Shown here piece by piece: positions 44,609 through 55,978 of a stretch of DNA of 64,000 bases. The notes under the pieces are model-generated. The model had not been told where the DNA came from. It saw only the letters and a program-made list of their open reading frames with translations, and did not search any database. Each line of letters begins with the position of its first letter. Positions within the stretch are counted from its first letter, which is position 1. Origin of the DNA: Naegleria gruberi (Eukaryota); assembly GCA_000004985.1 (NCBI GenBank), contig GG738871.1. One strand, given 5' to 3'. A program made the position numbers and the translations under genes.

Positions 44609-47162
44609 TTAGAAGGTTGGTTCTTCTTCTTCAGCGTCAGCAGCTTTTTCATCATCAGTTGCATCAGCATCTTTTTCAGTCATTTTTACATCATTATCTT
44701 CATCCTTAGATTCTTCTGGTTTCTCAGCTTCTTCTTCCTCTCCCTCATCCTTCTTTTCTTCTTTCTTCTTACCCTCTTTCTTTTCTTCCTTCTTCTTAGT
44801 TTCTTTCTTCTTGGTATCTTTCTTTTCCTCCTTTTTAGTTTCCTTCTTTTCAGAAATTTTCTTTGTTTTCTTCTTTGTTGATTCAATTTTAGGAGATTCT
44901 TCAATTGGTTTAACTTCATAAGGAGTGAAATCTGAAGGTAATTGATAATTACTTATAGTATCAAGAAGCCATTTCTCATTTACCATATGACAAGATACAG
45001 ATGATTTTGCACTTTCAGGTTCACTAACAATACAATATTGAGCTGCTCTTAAAGTATTTACACATTTTCCACCTAATAATTCAATTAATCTCTTTAAATG
45101 TTTAGCAGGAGGTTTACAATTACTTGAAACATGAATAATTAAACCAGATAATAAAAGAAGTGAACCTTTCTTCTTTTCTTCTGTATCATCACTTGTTTGT
45201 TCTTCAGCTTCTTCACCATCTATTGAACTTGAAGATTTTCTTGATTTTCTCTTCTTTTTATCTTCTTCTGATTGAATTAATGATCTTGATTTAGCTGAAA
45301 TTTCTGAAAAATCAACTGAATATGGTTCTTCATCAACTTTTTTACCTTCTTTTTCACATGCATAAAACCAATCAACTGTAACAATATAAGCACCAAAAGC
45401 AATTGCATAAAGTACTTTGAGTGTTCTTCTACATTTTTCATCTTTTGGAACAATTAAATGTGTAAAATATTGACCATTATAATCTTCAAAATTGAAATTT
45501 CTATCATGTGGAGTTGCCCATGAAAAATCATTCATAATTCTTTTTGGTAATTTCTTCTTAATTATACCTGTTTCTTCATTCTTTGAAATTTCAGGTTCAC
45601 TATCAATTCTTGATTGCATTGTATGAATCATTTTAAATTTATCTTCATCACCAACAGAAGACATTTCAATAATATATTTACCCTTAGTTGGTTTCTTAAT
45701 TGCTTCAACAGGTGATTGAACATCAAAACCAGTAAAATCAAATTTTAAAATATTTCCTTCTTCATCAATTGAATCTGCTTCATCGTTATCAAAATAATCA
45801 TCTTCATCATCTTCATCATCATCCCAAATTTCTGTTTCTTTCTTTGGTGTTGATTTTTTAGCTGCTTCTGGATGTAATTTTAAAAATTCTTCTTTTGCTT
45901 TTGTTGCTTTTTCATTATATGGTTTCTTTTCATCTTCTGATAAAGTTTTCCATAATTTACCTGCATCTGCAACTGATAAATCCTTACTTTCTTTTTTTTT
46001 CTCTGCAACAAAAATATTATATGCACTTGGAGGTCTCTTTGGTTCTTTCTTTTCACTTGATGATTCTTTCTTTTCTTTCTTTTTCTTTTCATCATCTTTC
46101 TTTTCTTTCTTCTTTTTATCATCTTTAGTTTTATCATCAGTTGATTTCTTTGTGGTTGTAGTCTTTTTCTTTTCATCATCATCTTTCTTTTTAGAATCTG
46201 AAGCCTTCTTTACAGTTGTTGTTTTACCAGTTGTTGTTGTCTTTGATTTATCATCAGTAGTTTTCTTCTTGTCATCTTTATCCTTTGATGAACTAGCCTT
46301 TGTAGCAGTAGTAGATTTTGATCCTTTTGATTTATCATCCTTTGATTCACTTTCTTCTTTATCTTCTTTTTCTTCTTCATCATTCTTATCGGAAGATTTC
46401 TTAGTTGTTGTTTTACCAGTTGTTGTCTTTGATTTGTTATCTGTTGTAGACTTTGTTGTTGTTTTTAGTCTTTTTCTTTGCAGGTTCACTATCTTCTTCC
46501 TTCTTTTCTTCTTCATCACCTTCCTTTGATGATTCTTTTTCTTCTTCATCTTCTTTTTCTTCACCTTTCTTCTTCTTATCGGAAGCTTTTGTTGTTTTAG
46601 TACTAGTCTTTGATTTATCACTTGCAGCATCATCTCCTTTCTTTCTTTTACCTGATTCTGGTTCTTCTGGTTTATGTTTAGATTCAATTGAAATTACTTT
46701 CTTTTGTTTTACACAATCATTAACCCATGCAGGATTTACAATTTTGATCTTATCACTTTCAGAAGCCTTCTTATAATTTTGTGCTTTTCCTTTCAAGAAT
46801 ATTAAATGTGTAACCTTATCGGACCATCTTTTTAAAACTGATGCACCATCTTCTTCTAATTTTGATATAATTGCTTCACTTCCTTCATTACCAGTTGATG
46901 ATGAAATATCTAAATAAAAAGTAAGACCTTTAAATAAACCATCTTTCTTTTTTGTTGTTGTTTTCTTTTTATCATCTTTAGTTTCCTTTGATTTTGTTGT
47001 AGTTTTCTTTGAAGAAGCCTTTGATGATGATGATTTTTCTGTTGATTCTTCGTCATTTTCACTTGTAATAACAACTTCTTCCATTTCATCAGTAGTTTCT
47101 GTTGCTGTCATTTCTTCGTCTTGTTCGTCCTTTTTGTTTTTTGTTTGTTTCTTTGGAGCCAT
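44609..47162 (-). CDS. Nuclear-type protein with three BRCT-like domains, an HMG box and long K/E/D/T-rich low-complexity linkers; reading frame interrupted by an apparent 1-nt indel near 46440-46470
   Basis: N-terminal ORF (ATG 47162): MAPKKQTKNKK...LFKGLTFYLDISSSTGNEGSEAIISKLEEDGASVLKRWSDKVTHLIFLKGK...KIVNPAWVNDCV (BRCT). After the frame change: ...EPKRPPSAYNIFVAEKKKESKDLSVADAGKLWKTLSEDEKKPYNEKATKAKEEF (HMG box); ...THLIVPKDEKCRRTLKVLYAIAFGAYIVTVDWFYACE (BRCT); ...LLLLSGLIIHVSSNCKPPAKHLKRLIELLGGKCVNTLRAAQYCIV...WLLDTIS (BRCT). No GT...AG intron can reconcile the two frames. Confidence 0.6.
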
Positions 47163-47246
47163 TTTCTAGATCAATTTAACTCTATTTTTTTTCGTTTGTT
47201 TTGTGGAATCCAGAGTGTTTTGGAAAACTTGTTATGAACGTTACAA

Positions 47247-47307
47247 CCAATTTGGCGCAACTTTTAAAAATCGAGTAAAAACTAGCCTTGAAAAGGCGCA
47301 AATTTTC
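47247..47307. promoter_or_regulatory. Two half-palindromes (CCAATTTGGCGCAACTTTT and GAAAAGGCGCAAATTTTC) 90 and 135 nt upstream of the BRCT/HMG gene ATG (minus, 47162)
   Basis: GGCGC at 47254-47258 and 47295-47299. TTTGGCGC-type half sites. Confidence 0.4.
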
Positions 47308-47726
47308 ATGTAAGAAAAACATAAAGAAAACATGCATTTATGTTCTCGTGAAAAGCTCATCATCATTAAATTGAACTTCTTTTGTTATTAGAGCGAGGAA
47401 ACACACTAGGTATTGGCAAAAGAATTGAACTACAGATTACGGATGTTGTGATCATCACTCCAATCTAGTCTCACAAATCATGATTTTAATTAATTTTAAT
47501 CTTCAAGTACACATTTGCAGCTCATTTTGATTGACCAAATAAATAGACACCATCAACAAACCAAATGGTTCCGAAAGTGCAATTACAATTTGAAGAGTCT
47601 GCAAAACTTACTATGCACTGAGGTGATAATCTCCTCAAGCTTGCTAATTAATATTGGACATTAATCTGAATAAAGCCTTTGCTTGGTGGTGATAATAATA
47701 TTTTCAAAAATTGCGAAGAAAAAAAA

Positions 47727-49989
47727 ATGAATACAATCTTCTTCAACGTTGAAAATAAGCCTATCGCAGCTTTTGCTGTTGTTTACTTGAGTGAACAAAA
47801 AGTAAACTTTAAAGTTTCAAAGAATCCAGGTATCACTTTGGCTGAATCTGCCAGTGGGTAGGTGTCTTTCTTTATTATTATTTTTATAATAATAATAATA
47901 ATTAATTTTATTATTGTTGTTGATGATGATTAAAAAGTGTGAGAGGAAACTTTAATGTTGCTCAAGTTCTTTCAAAGAATACTAAACTCGCAGCTCAAAA
48001 TACTGATGACGTTTTTGTTGCTTTTGAAACTGCTAGTGAAATTGCTAAATCAGGACTTATTGAAGAATTGGATGTTTGCATGCAAAGATTAGATGCTTTA
48101 CTTACAACCAAGACATATTTCTCTGGTGAAGATTTGTCTGTTTGTGATTTGTGTATTTATGAAAGTCTTAAACATCACAAATTAGTTATGGGATATTTGA
48201 AGAGATTTGAAAAATCAATTCCAAATGTTGTTCGTTATTTCTTCACTATTCATAGAAATCCAAAGATTCAACAAGTTGTTAAAATTTTGGATAATGCTGC
48301 TAAAGCTATGACTAGTACTGATGAAGTTTTAAATCCAACTCCTGCTGCAAGGATAACAAGTCAAATTGTGACAAGACTGAAAAGAAGGAATCTCAACCTG
48401 AAATTAATTTGGAACTTCCACATGCTCAAATGGGTAAAGTTGTTACCAGATTCCCACCTGAAGCATCTGGTTTCCTTCATATTGGTCACGCTAAGGCTGC
48501 TTTGATGAATAATTATTTTGCTAAGAAATATAATGGTAAACTTATTATGAGATTTGATGATACTAATCCAGATAAGGAAAGAGAAGAATATGAACATGCT
48601 ATTCTCTCAGATTTGGAAAGTTTAGGTGTTAAACCTGATATTCATGTTCGTTCATCTGATCACTTTGATAAGTGTATTGAATTTGCTGAACAATTGATTA
48701 GAGAAGGAAAGGCTTATATGGATGATACTGCAGTTGAAGAATTGAGAAGAATGAAAATGGAAGGTATTGAATCTGCTAACAGAAATAATTCTGTTGATAA
48801 GAATATGGAAATGTGGAAGGAATTACTTGCTGGTACTGAAAATGGAAAGAAGTCAGTCCTCAGAGCTAAGATTGATATGAAATCATTGAATAAGACTATG
48901 CGTGATCCTGTTCTTTTCAGAAGTAAGGATAAACCTCATCCAAAACTTGGTGATAAGTATAAGGCATATCCAACTTATGACTTTGTTTGTCCAGTTGTTG
49001 ACAGTTTGGATGGTGTTACTCATGCTTTGAGAACTTCTGAATATAACGATAGAAATGAACAATACTATTGGATTATTGATGCTTTGGGTATTAGAAAGCC
49101 ATTCTTGTACGATTTCAGTAGATTGAACTTTGCTAATACTGTCATGTCTAAGCGTAAATTGCAAAAGATTGTTGATATTGGAGTTGTTGAAGGATGGAAT
49201 GATCCTCGTTTCCCAACTGTTCAAGGTCTCTTACGTAGAGGTTTGACTGTTGAAGCTTTGTACAATTTCATTTTGGAACAAGGTGCTTCTCGTAACGTTG
49301 TTACTATTCAATGGGAAAAGTTGTGGGCTGAAAATAAGAAGGTTATTGATCCAAAGGTTCCAAGATATTGTGCTATTGAAAAGACTGATATTGTTAAATT
49401 CCATTTATCAAATGGTCCACAAACTATGGAATCAAAGGAAAATGCAAAGCACAAGAAGAATGATTCTCTTGGTAAGAAGACTACCTATTATACCAATACC
49501 ATTTATTTGGATAGAGAAGATGCTGCTGCCATTGAACAAAATGAAGAAGTTACTTTGATGGATTGGGGTAATGCTATTATTCAAGAAATTGTTAAGGATG
49601 ACAGTGGTAAGGTTGTTGAATTGAAGGGTGTTTTGCACTTGGAAGGTGACTTTAAGAAGACTAAGAAGAAGTTGACTTGGTTGCCAGTTAACCCAGAAGT
49701 TAATACTGAAAATGTTCAAATTGTTCATTTCGGTCATTTGATTAACAAGATTTCTTTATCTTCTGATGATAATATTGAAGATGTTGTTAATCGTAATTCC
49801 AAGACTGTTACTACTTCAATTGGTGATCATAATTTAAAGTCATTGAAGAAGGGTGATATTATTCAATTGGAAAGAAGAGGTTATTTCATTTGTGATGTTC
49901 CATTTGATGGAAAGTCATTGACTTTATTCAATATTCCAGATAGTGTTTCAACAAAGACAACTGCTGCTGCTGCTTCTACTTCTAAATAA
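47727..49989 (+). CDS. gluS: Glutamyl-tRNA synthetase (cytoplasmic-type, GST-like N-terminal domain + class I catalytic core); exons 47727-47857 and 47938-49989; apparent 1-nt frame shift ~48340-48400
   Basis: Exon 1 is MNTIFFNVENKPIAAFAVVYLSEQKVNFKVSKNPGITLAESASG, followed by an 80-nt GTAGGT...aaaaag intron. GST-C-like region: TKTYFSGEDLSVCDLCIYESLKHHKLV.... Then, in the +1 frame: KTEKKESQPEINLELPHAQMGKVVTRFPPEASGFLHIGHAKAALMNNYFAKKYNGKLIMRFDDTNP.... The HIGH motif and the rest of the GluRS core run to stop TAA at 49987. Confidence 0.85.
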
Positions 49990-49993
49990 AAAA

Positions 49994-52900
49994 ATGATAA
50001 ACTCTAAACCAAAGAGTTTACTTCAAATTGCTAAAGATCGGAAAAACAAATTATCATCACAATCTTCTCAATCATCTCAATCATCACAAACATCAAATGA
50101 TAATAATAACACTAATTCATCATCATCATTAACAATATTGAATCATTCTAGTAATACTAGTAGTAATAACAATGTTAATACTACTAATAATATTGGAAAT
50201 AATAGTACTACTACTTCTACTAATAAGACGACATCAACATGTAAATTAATAATTAAACCCAAATCTTCCATTAGACTCTATTCCGAAACTGTTGATTTAT
50301 CATTTGAATATTCAAGTGATAAAGAAAGTGACAATGACGATATTCAAATCATTCATACTCCAGTTAATAAGAAACTTTCAACTCCTTCATCATCACTAAC
50401 ATCACTATCATCAACTACTTCCACTCCATCATCACTTTTAAAATCACTATCATTACTACCAAATAATAATAATAACATGACCACTTTAAAAACCACAACT
50501 AAGAATGAAATATCAAATAATAATAATAATTTATCATCATCATTATCAACATCTACAAATTTAATAGTAGAAACATATAGTTCATTATTAGAAGATTTAA
50601 CTCAACAAGATGATGATATAAATAGTAATTCATTAAATATAAATAGTAATTCATTAAATATTAAAGAACCATTAATTAAAAAAAGAAAACAATTTAAAAT
50701 TCCAAGTTTTTACATGACAGATGAAGAAATTAAACATGACATTTCTTTATCTAAAACAATAATTCCAATTTTAAATATTCAAGATAAATTTTCAATTCAT
50801 TTTACAAAACCATTTTGGACAATTTATAAAGATGGAAATGAAATTCTATTATTAGATTTTAGAAAACCAATATTTACAAATTTATTATTTTTAAAATTAA
50901 TTTATTATTTTAATTTTAATAAAACTAAAATAATTGAAAAATCTAAATTTATACATTCAATTAAAGATTTAATTATTTTATTAAAACCATATAGTACTTT
51001 ATTAGTAAATAATGAAAATTTAGAACAATTAAAAAAGGAAATTGAAATTATTTTAAATGAAGATTTAAAAAATAATTTTATAGAAAATGAAAATGTAAAA
51101 TATGTAAATAATTTTCAATATTTAATTTTAGAATATTTAAATACAAATATTCATAAATTTAAAAATACTAAAAAATCTAGAAATTTAAGAAAATTAAGAA
51201 TGTGTGAAGAATTACTAAAAAAGGAATTTAATTCTAAATTTATAAAAAGTTTTGAAAAATCTGAAAATTCATTTTATTCAGATTTTAATTTTAATTTATA
51301 TGATTTCATGTCAATTTATTTTAATAAGGAAAAATTTGAATATTTAAATCTAAATGAAATTGATTTTAATAATTCCATAAAAGAATTTCATAAAATTTTA
51401 AATGAACTCATCATTTCAACTATATACTATAATAAGGGTCAATATATAGGTGATATTATAGCAACAAATTTATTAAAAAAATCCATAAAAAATAATACTA
51501 CTATATATGGCAGTGAATACCAAAATAGTAATAATGATGAAAAACAACACCAATATTATATTAATAGTGATAATAGTGATAATGATGATAGTGATGATAG
51601 TGATAGTGATGAAGAAGAAGAAGAAGAAGAAAATGAAATAATTCTAGATAGTCATATTCCACATGGATTTGGAAGTTGGAAATTTATAGAAGAAAATAAT
51701 GAAATTTTCTATAAAGGGGAATGGAAAAAAGGGAAAAAGGAAGGATTTGGTATTTTACAAACATTTGAAATATTATATGAAGGAGAATGGAAAGAGAATG
51801 AAATGAATGGATTTGGAATATTTAAAATATTAAATGGATATCATAAAGGTAGTATTTATTATGGTAATTTTAAAAAAGGAAAGAGAAATGGATTTGGAAT
51901 TCAATTTTATAAATATGAAGGAAATAATGAAATATTAAAAGATGATTTGAATGAATTTAATGAATTTTATAGAGGTGAATGGTTAAATGATGTTAGAAAT
52001 GGAAAAGGTGAATTTAAATCAAAATATGAATGGAAATTGGGAGAATGGAAAAAACATGAATTTAAAAATGGAATTTTACTAATTAAGGAATGTTTAGAAA
52101 TTCAAGATTCAATCATTACAAATTGTATTCATTCACAAATAGAAATTGAAAAATATTCAAAAAAAACAAAAAAATCTCAAATTCCTTCAACTATACTTCC
52201 ATTTATATTTTCATTAGATAATTTAGATAAATTAACAGTTGTAGATGCAATTATTGCATATGGTAATCAATCTAAATCACCTAAACGTACAATTTATAAT
52301 GGTTATTGTTTTAGATCAAAATTGGAAAGTCGTTGGGCTAAATTCTTTGAATGTTGTGGAATTGAATATCAATACGAATGTAAAACTTTTATTTTAAAAG
52401 ATGGAACATCATATACTCCTGATTTTTATTTACCTTTTCTCAATTTTTGGATTGAAATTAAACCAAATTATCCAAGTGAAGAAGAAAGAGTTAAAGCTCA
52501 ATTATTAAGTTTTGTTTTACAAAAACAGACTAGTAATAATAATCAACATAATGAATTGACAGAATTTGAAAAGAAATATGAAAGATATTTACAATCAAAT
52601 CCAAGAATTTTCATTTTATATGGAGATGTTAGTGCTCCATTTATTAAGAAATTTCAATCAGGAGGAATGGCAATTGAATTTTTCAAAACAGATCAACAAG
52701 AAAATTCTATTCAGAATAGAACAAATAAGAGAATTACACCTCCAAGGAGTGGCAATACTACTTCTACTACCAGTAATCCAATTAGAGAATCTGTTCTATT
52801 TAATACTACTGAACCATTGGGCTGGTGTCAATGTCATCATTGTGGTAAAATTTCACTTGAATATAGATGTAAACCCAAGTGTTGTACTAACAAGACAGCA

Positions 52901-53098
52901 GATAATAGTACTGCTTCGACAAGTTTAGTTGATTCAGTGGTGACATCAGAGCTTGGTCCAACTTTGAGTAATGCTTATTATGCAGTTACCAAATTATCGT
53001 TTGATGAATGGAGAGTGAGAAATGAAAATACATTCTTTAACAGTATAACACAAGAGATTGAAATTACAACAGAAAAGAAACGAAGTAAATTCTTTTAA
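49994..53098 (+). CDS. Large protein with S/N/T-rich N-terminal half, MORN repeats and a C-terminal PD-(D/E)xK-nuclease-like/zinc-binding region
   Basis: ATG at 49994, 4 nt after the GluRS stop. MORN repeats: YKGEWKKGKKEGFGIL, YEGEWKENEMNGFGIF, YYGNFKKGKRNGFGIQFY, YRGEWLNDVRNGKGEF, LGEWKKHEFKNGILL. C-terminal block: NGYCFRSKLESRWAKFFECCGIEYQYECKTF...GTSYTPDFYLPFLNFWIEIKPN (E...D...E-x-K order), then CQCHHCGKISLEYRCKPKCC. Confidence 0.6.
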   Translation: MINSKPKSLLQIAKDRKNKLSSQSSQSSQSSQTSNDNNNTNSSSSLTILNHSSNTSSNNNVNTTNNIGNNSTTTSTNKTTSTCKLIIKPKSSIRLYSETVDLSFEYSSDKESDNDDIQIIHTPVNKKLSTPSSSLTSLSSTTSTPSSLLKSLSLLPNNNNNMTTLKTTTKNEISNNNNNLSSSLSTSTNLIVETYSSLLEDLTQQDDDINSNSLNINSNSLNIKEPLIKKRKQFKIPSFYMTDEEIKHDISLSKTIIPILNIQDKFSIHFTKPFWTIYKDGNEILLLDFRKPIFTNLLFLKLIYYFNFNKTKIIEKSKFIHSIKDLIILLKPYSTLLVNNENLEQLKKEIEIILNEDLKNNFIENENVKYVNNFQYLILEYLNTNIHKFKNTKKSRNLRKLRMCEELLKKEFNSKFIKSFEKSENSFYSDFNFNLYDFMSIYFNKEKFEYLNLNEIDFNNSIKEFHKILNELIISTIYYNKGQYIGDIIATNLLKKSIKNNTTIYGSEYQNSNNDEKQHQYYINSDNSDNDDSDDSDSDEEEEEEENEIILDSHIPHGFGSWKFIEENNEIFYKGEWKKGKKEGFGILQTFEILYEGEWKENEMNGFGIFKILNGYHKGSIYYGNFKKGKRNGFGIQFYKYEGNNEILKDDLNEFNEFYRGEWLNDVRNGKGEFKSKYEWKLGEWKKHEFKNGILLIKECLEIQDSIITNCIHSQIEIEKYSKKTKKSQIPSTILPFIFSLDNLDKLTVVDAIIAYGNQSKSPKRTIYNGYCFRSKLESRWAKFFECCGIEYQYECKTFILKDGTSYTPDFYLPFLNFWIEIKPNYPSEEERVKAQLLSFVLQKQTSNNNQHNELTEFEKKYERYLQSNPRIFILYGDVSAPFIKKFQSGGMAIEFFKTDQQENSIQNRTNKRITPPRSGNTTSTTSNPIRESVLFNTTEPLGWCQCHHCGKISLEYRCKPKCCTNKTADNSTASTSLVDSVVTSELGPTLSNAYYAVTKLSFDEWRVRNENTFFNSITQEIEITTEKKRSKFF

Positions 53099-53117
53099 AT
53101 TTGTGTTTTTATATTCT

Positions 53118-55840
53118 TTACACCATTACAGATGTTTCACTCAAATCCTCTTCATTGAAAAACGAGTCATCCTCAAGCAGTCTATTCAATACTTGAATGG
53201 TTCTATCCTTATCTGCTACAACTTCGAATAATTTAGCATTCTCTAACTTTAACTGTTTGAGTTGCTCGTCTATCGACATGTTATCTCGTTTAAGGATATC
53301 CAATTTAGAGCTCACCTCTTCAGTTCCCTCTTTAATGCTTGCCAATCTGTCTTGATGATTTCTTTGAATTTCCTTTTCCTGATTACTTCTTTCTAATTCA
53401 AGCTTTACAAAAATGTTATCTAATAAATCAACAATTGAAATCATTTCATGATCTTGAGCAAATATTTCCTCAATTTCCTTTGAAGGTGTTAAAGAGAGGG
53501 AATAATAAATAGATTTAAGCTTATTGAATATTTCCTTTCTATCTTCTAACATTTTTGATTTTTCTTCAGAGTATAATTGTTTTGAGGCATCATATTCATG
53601 TTTATGAAATTCTTCCTTTTCCTCAAGATTTCTAATCAAAGTTCTTGCTTCTATTAATTCTAATTCTTTTGAATCTAATCTATCTGTTTTACTTCTCAAC
53701 TTGACTTTATATTTTGGAATTCTAGATGAAGCTTCTTGTAATTGTTTTCTCAACATTACAATTTCTCTTTCATAAGCTTCTTTCATTGCTTTGATAGAAT
53801 CATTATCCTCATCCTCTTCAGATGATGATTCATATTCAATTTCTTCTTTATGTTCTTTATGATCCTCAAGTGATAATTCATTCTTATCAATTATAATCTA
53901 TAAAGTTAGCTATTGAAAGAATAATTTACATACATTTGATTTTAAGAAATCATAGTGATCATTTCCAATTATTTTAGCAAGATCCATAGAGACACCCCTA
54001 GTGAACTTTGGTTTTGCCTTTGGTTGTGGTACAACAGATTTTGATTCAGTAATTGGTGCAGTTTGAGGTGGTGTTTGTGGTGTTGGTATTTGAGATGTGA
54101 TTGGTTTTTTAGGTGAATCTTCTCTCTTTGTTGGTGAAGTAGTACTATTAGTTAATAAGCTACCTATAGTATTTGGAATGTTGTTACTCGTTGGTGGTTG
54201 TTGATTAATTACAGATTGTTGTGAGTGTGTTGGTGTTGTAGTTGGTGTTGTTGAATTAGTTGTTGAGAAAGTCGTAGATATAGTTGGAGATACCTCAATG
54301 ACAGGTGTTGTTGTTGATTGAACATGAGTAGTTGGTTCAACATCTGATTGTAAATTAGTTTTTGGTTCTGGACTTGCTAAAGGTTCACCTTCACATTCCC
54401 AAATTCTAACCTTATTATCTGAACAAAAAGCAAATATTCTTTGATTGGGTAATTCAATCATATCAACAACTGAAACTGAATTTGCTTTAATCTTCTTGAT
54501 GGCTTTCAAAGTACTCGACTCAAATATATGAATTACCTTATCATCACCACAACTCCACACTTGCTTATTTGTTGCTAGTATTTTGTTAATGGTACTTTCG
54601 TGAGCTTTGATTTCCTTAATACATTTCATCTTTTCACAATCCCAAATTCTTAATTTACCCTCACTATTGCATGTCCAAATATTTAAACCAGAATTAATAA
54701 TCTGTTTTGAATTAATCATGGATGGCATATCTTTAACAATTTTACCATCTATGGAATCTCTAATTTTAATTTGGCCATCATCAGATAAAATCCAAACCTG
54801 ATTAAATTTTTCCAAATAAACCATACCAACTATTGGAGATTGTTCTGATAAAATTTGAATTGGTTGAAATGTGTCAGCATCTAAAATTCGAATAGTTCTA
54901 TCCATTGATGATGTCCAAATATATCTTTTAGATGTAATAGTATTTACAATGCATAATATTTGTGTAACAGTTGCTGAATGACAATCAAACTCGAATACCT
55001 TATTAATTGTAACTGCATCCCATATAATTATTTTACCATTACTGAAACCTGTCCAAACTGTACAATCAACTTGTTTAGAAAATGATTTTACAACTGTCAT
55101 GGCTGTAAATGTTAACTTGGATATTTCATTTAAAGGTCCATTAGTTGATACTCTTCTAAAATCTAAATTATTTAAATTACTTTTCACATCATAAATACAA
55201 AATTGTCCTTCAGATCCACCTGTCCAAATAGATCCTGTTTTTTCTACATAACAAACACAATTTACATCTCCTTGCTTGAATACATTCTTAAAGGTATTAA
55301 TTAATTCTCCTGTTCTTCCTATATTTATATTCGAATCTATTGTTGGTGATGAACATCTTGGTGTTGAAGGTGCAGAATTTTTTGATCCCTTTTCAGCTAA
55401 TAAGGGAATTCCCTTTTTTTGTTGTGGTGTTGGTATTGGTGATGCTGCAGAGATGAGATTTGATGAAGAATTATTATTACTATTGGTCAATGCTGTAAAT
55501 GGTTAATATTGAGAGAAATAATATAGATCCTTACTTTTCTTTGTTGTTGAAACCACTGGATTCGATTTGGTGACTTGAAAAGATCAATACTAAGAAATAC
55601 TGAGAAAATTACCTACCTCCAGGAGTTGAGAAAGGCTTTAATTTTGATGAAGGTGTTTTCGGAGTAACTTTTATAATGATAATAAGGCCATGACCATCAT
55701 CTATAAAACATACCTAAATTTGTTGATGATGAAACTCCTCCACTCGTCATTCCTGTTGTTGATGTCGCTGCTGCTGATGTCGTTGATGAATTTGATACGC
55801 CACTTAAATTACTTGTATTAAGGAGATGACGTCGATTCAT
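53118..55840 (-). CDS. WD40-repeat protein with Ser/Thr/Pro-rich N-terminus and C-terminal coiled coil; 5 exons (55714-55840, 55617-55667, 55535-55573, 53934-55492, 53118-53897)
   Basis: Exon 1 is MNRRHLLNTSNLSGVSNSSTTSAAATSTTGMTSGGVSSSTNL. Three micro-introns of 46, 43 and 42 nt (GTATGT, GTAGGT, GTAAGG donors) lead to ...TLTNSNNNSSS.... At least 7 WD blades follow (WTGGSEGQFCIYD; WTGFSNGKIIIWD; IWTSSMDRTIRILD; IWTCNSEGKLRIWD; VWSCGDDKVIHIF; FCSDNKVRIWE...). A 36-nt intron (AAT|GTATGT...ctttatag) joins to the coiled-coil exon ...EREIVMLRKQLQEASSRIPK...LKLENAKLFEVV.... Confidence 0.7.
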
Positions 55841-55848
55841 TTTTTTTT

Positions 55849-55868
55849 AAAATTGGCGCCAAAATTAC
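55849..55868. promoter_or_regulatory. Palindrome AAAATTGGCGCCAAAATTAC 15 nt upstream of WD40 gene ATG (minus, 55840)
   Basis: GGCGCC at 55855-55860, in the 140-bp spacer between the MTase-like remnant 3' end and the WD40 gene start. Confidence 0.55.
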
Positions 55869-55978
55869 ATTGACTGAAGTAGACGTTAAGGGTTTTAAAA
55901 TATCTCGTTGCAAAATTGGTCCTTTCGAGAATCTCTTTTTATTAATCATCATTAAATTATATAATACTCCAATGATGA

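Noticed and set aside
44686-46529. Multiple antisense or alternate-frame ORFs inside the BRCT/HMG gene (for example 44686-44919, 45880-46182, 46152-46529), plus others inside the repeat-protein gene (60585-61433, 62145-62561)
   Set aside because: These are shadow ORFs created by low-complexity GAA/AAG/ACT-rich coding repeats. They are K/R- or F/L/S-rich nonsense.
48330-48420. Programmed +1 ribosomal frameshift as an explanation for the GluRS, BRCT/HMG and Cir_N frame breaks
   Set aside because: Three independent events at A/T homopolymers in unrelated genes, including an essential aaRS, are much more parsimoniously explained by sequencing or assembly indels. No recognisable slippery-site/stimulator structure is present.
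49943-49993. Track ORF start MFQQRQLLLLLLLLNKK overlapping the GluRS 3' end
   Set aside because: It is an alternative-start read-through of the GluRS C-terminal codons in another frame. The first real ATG is at 49994.
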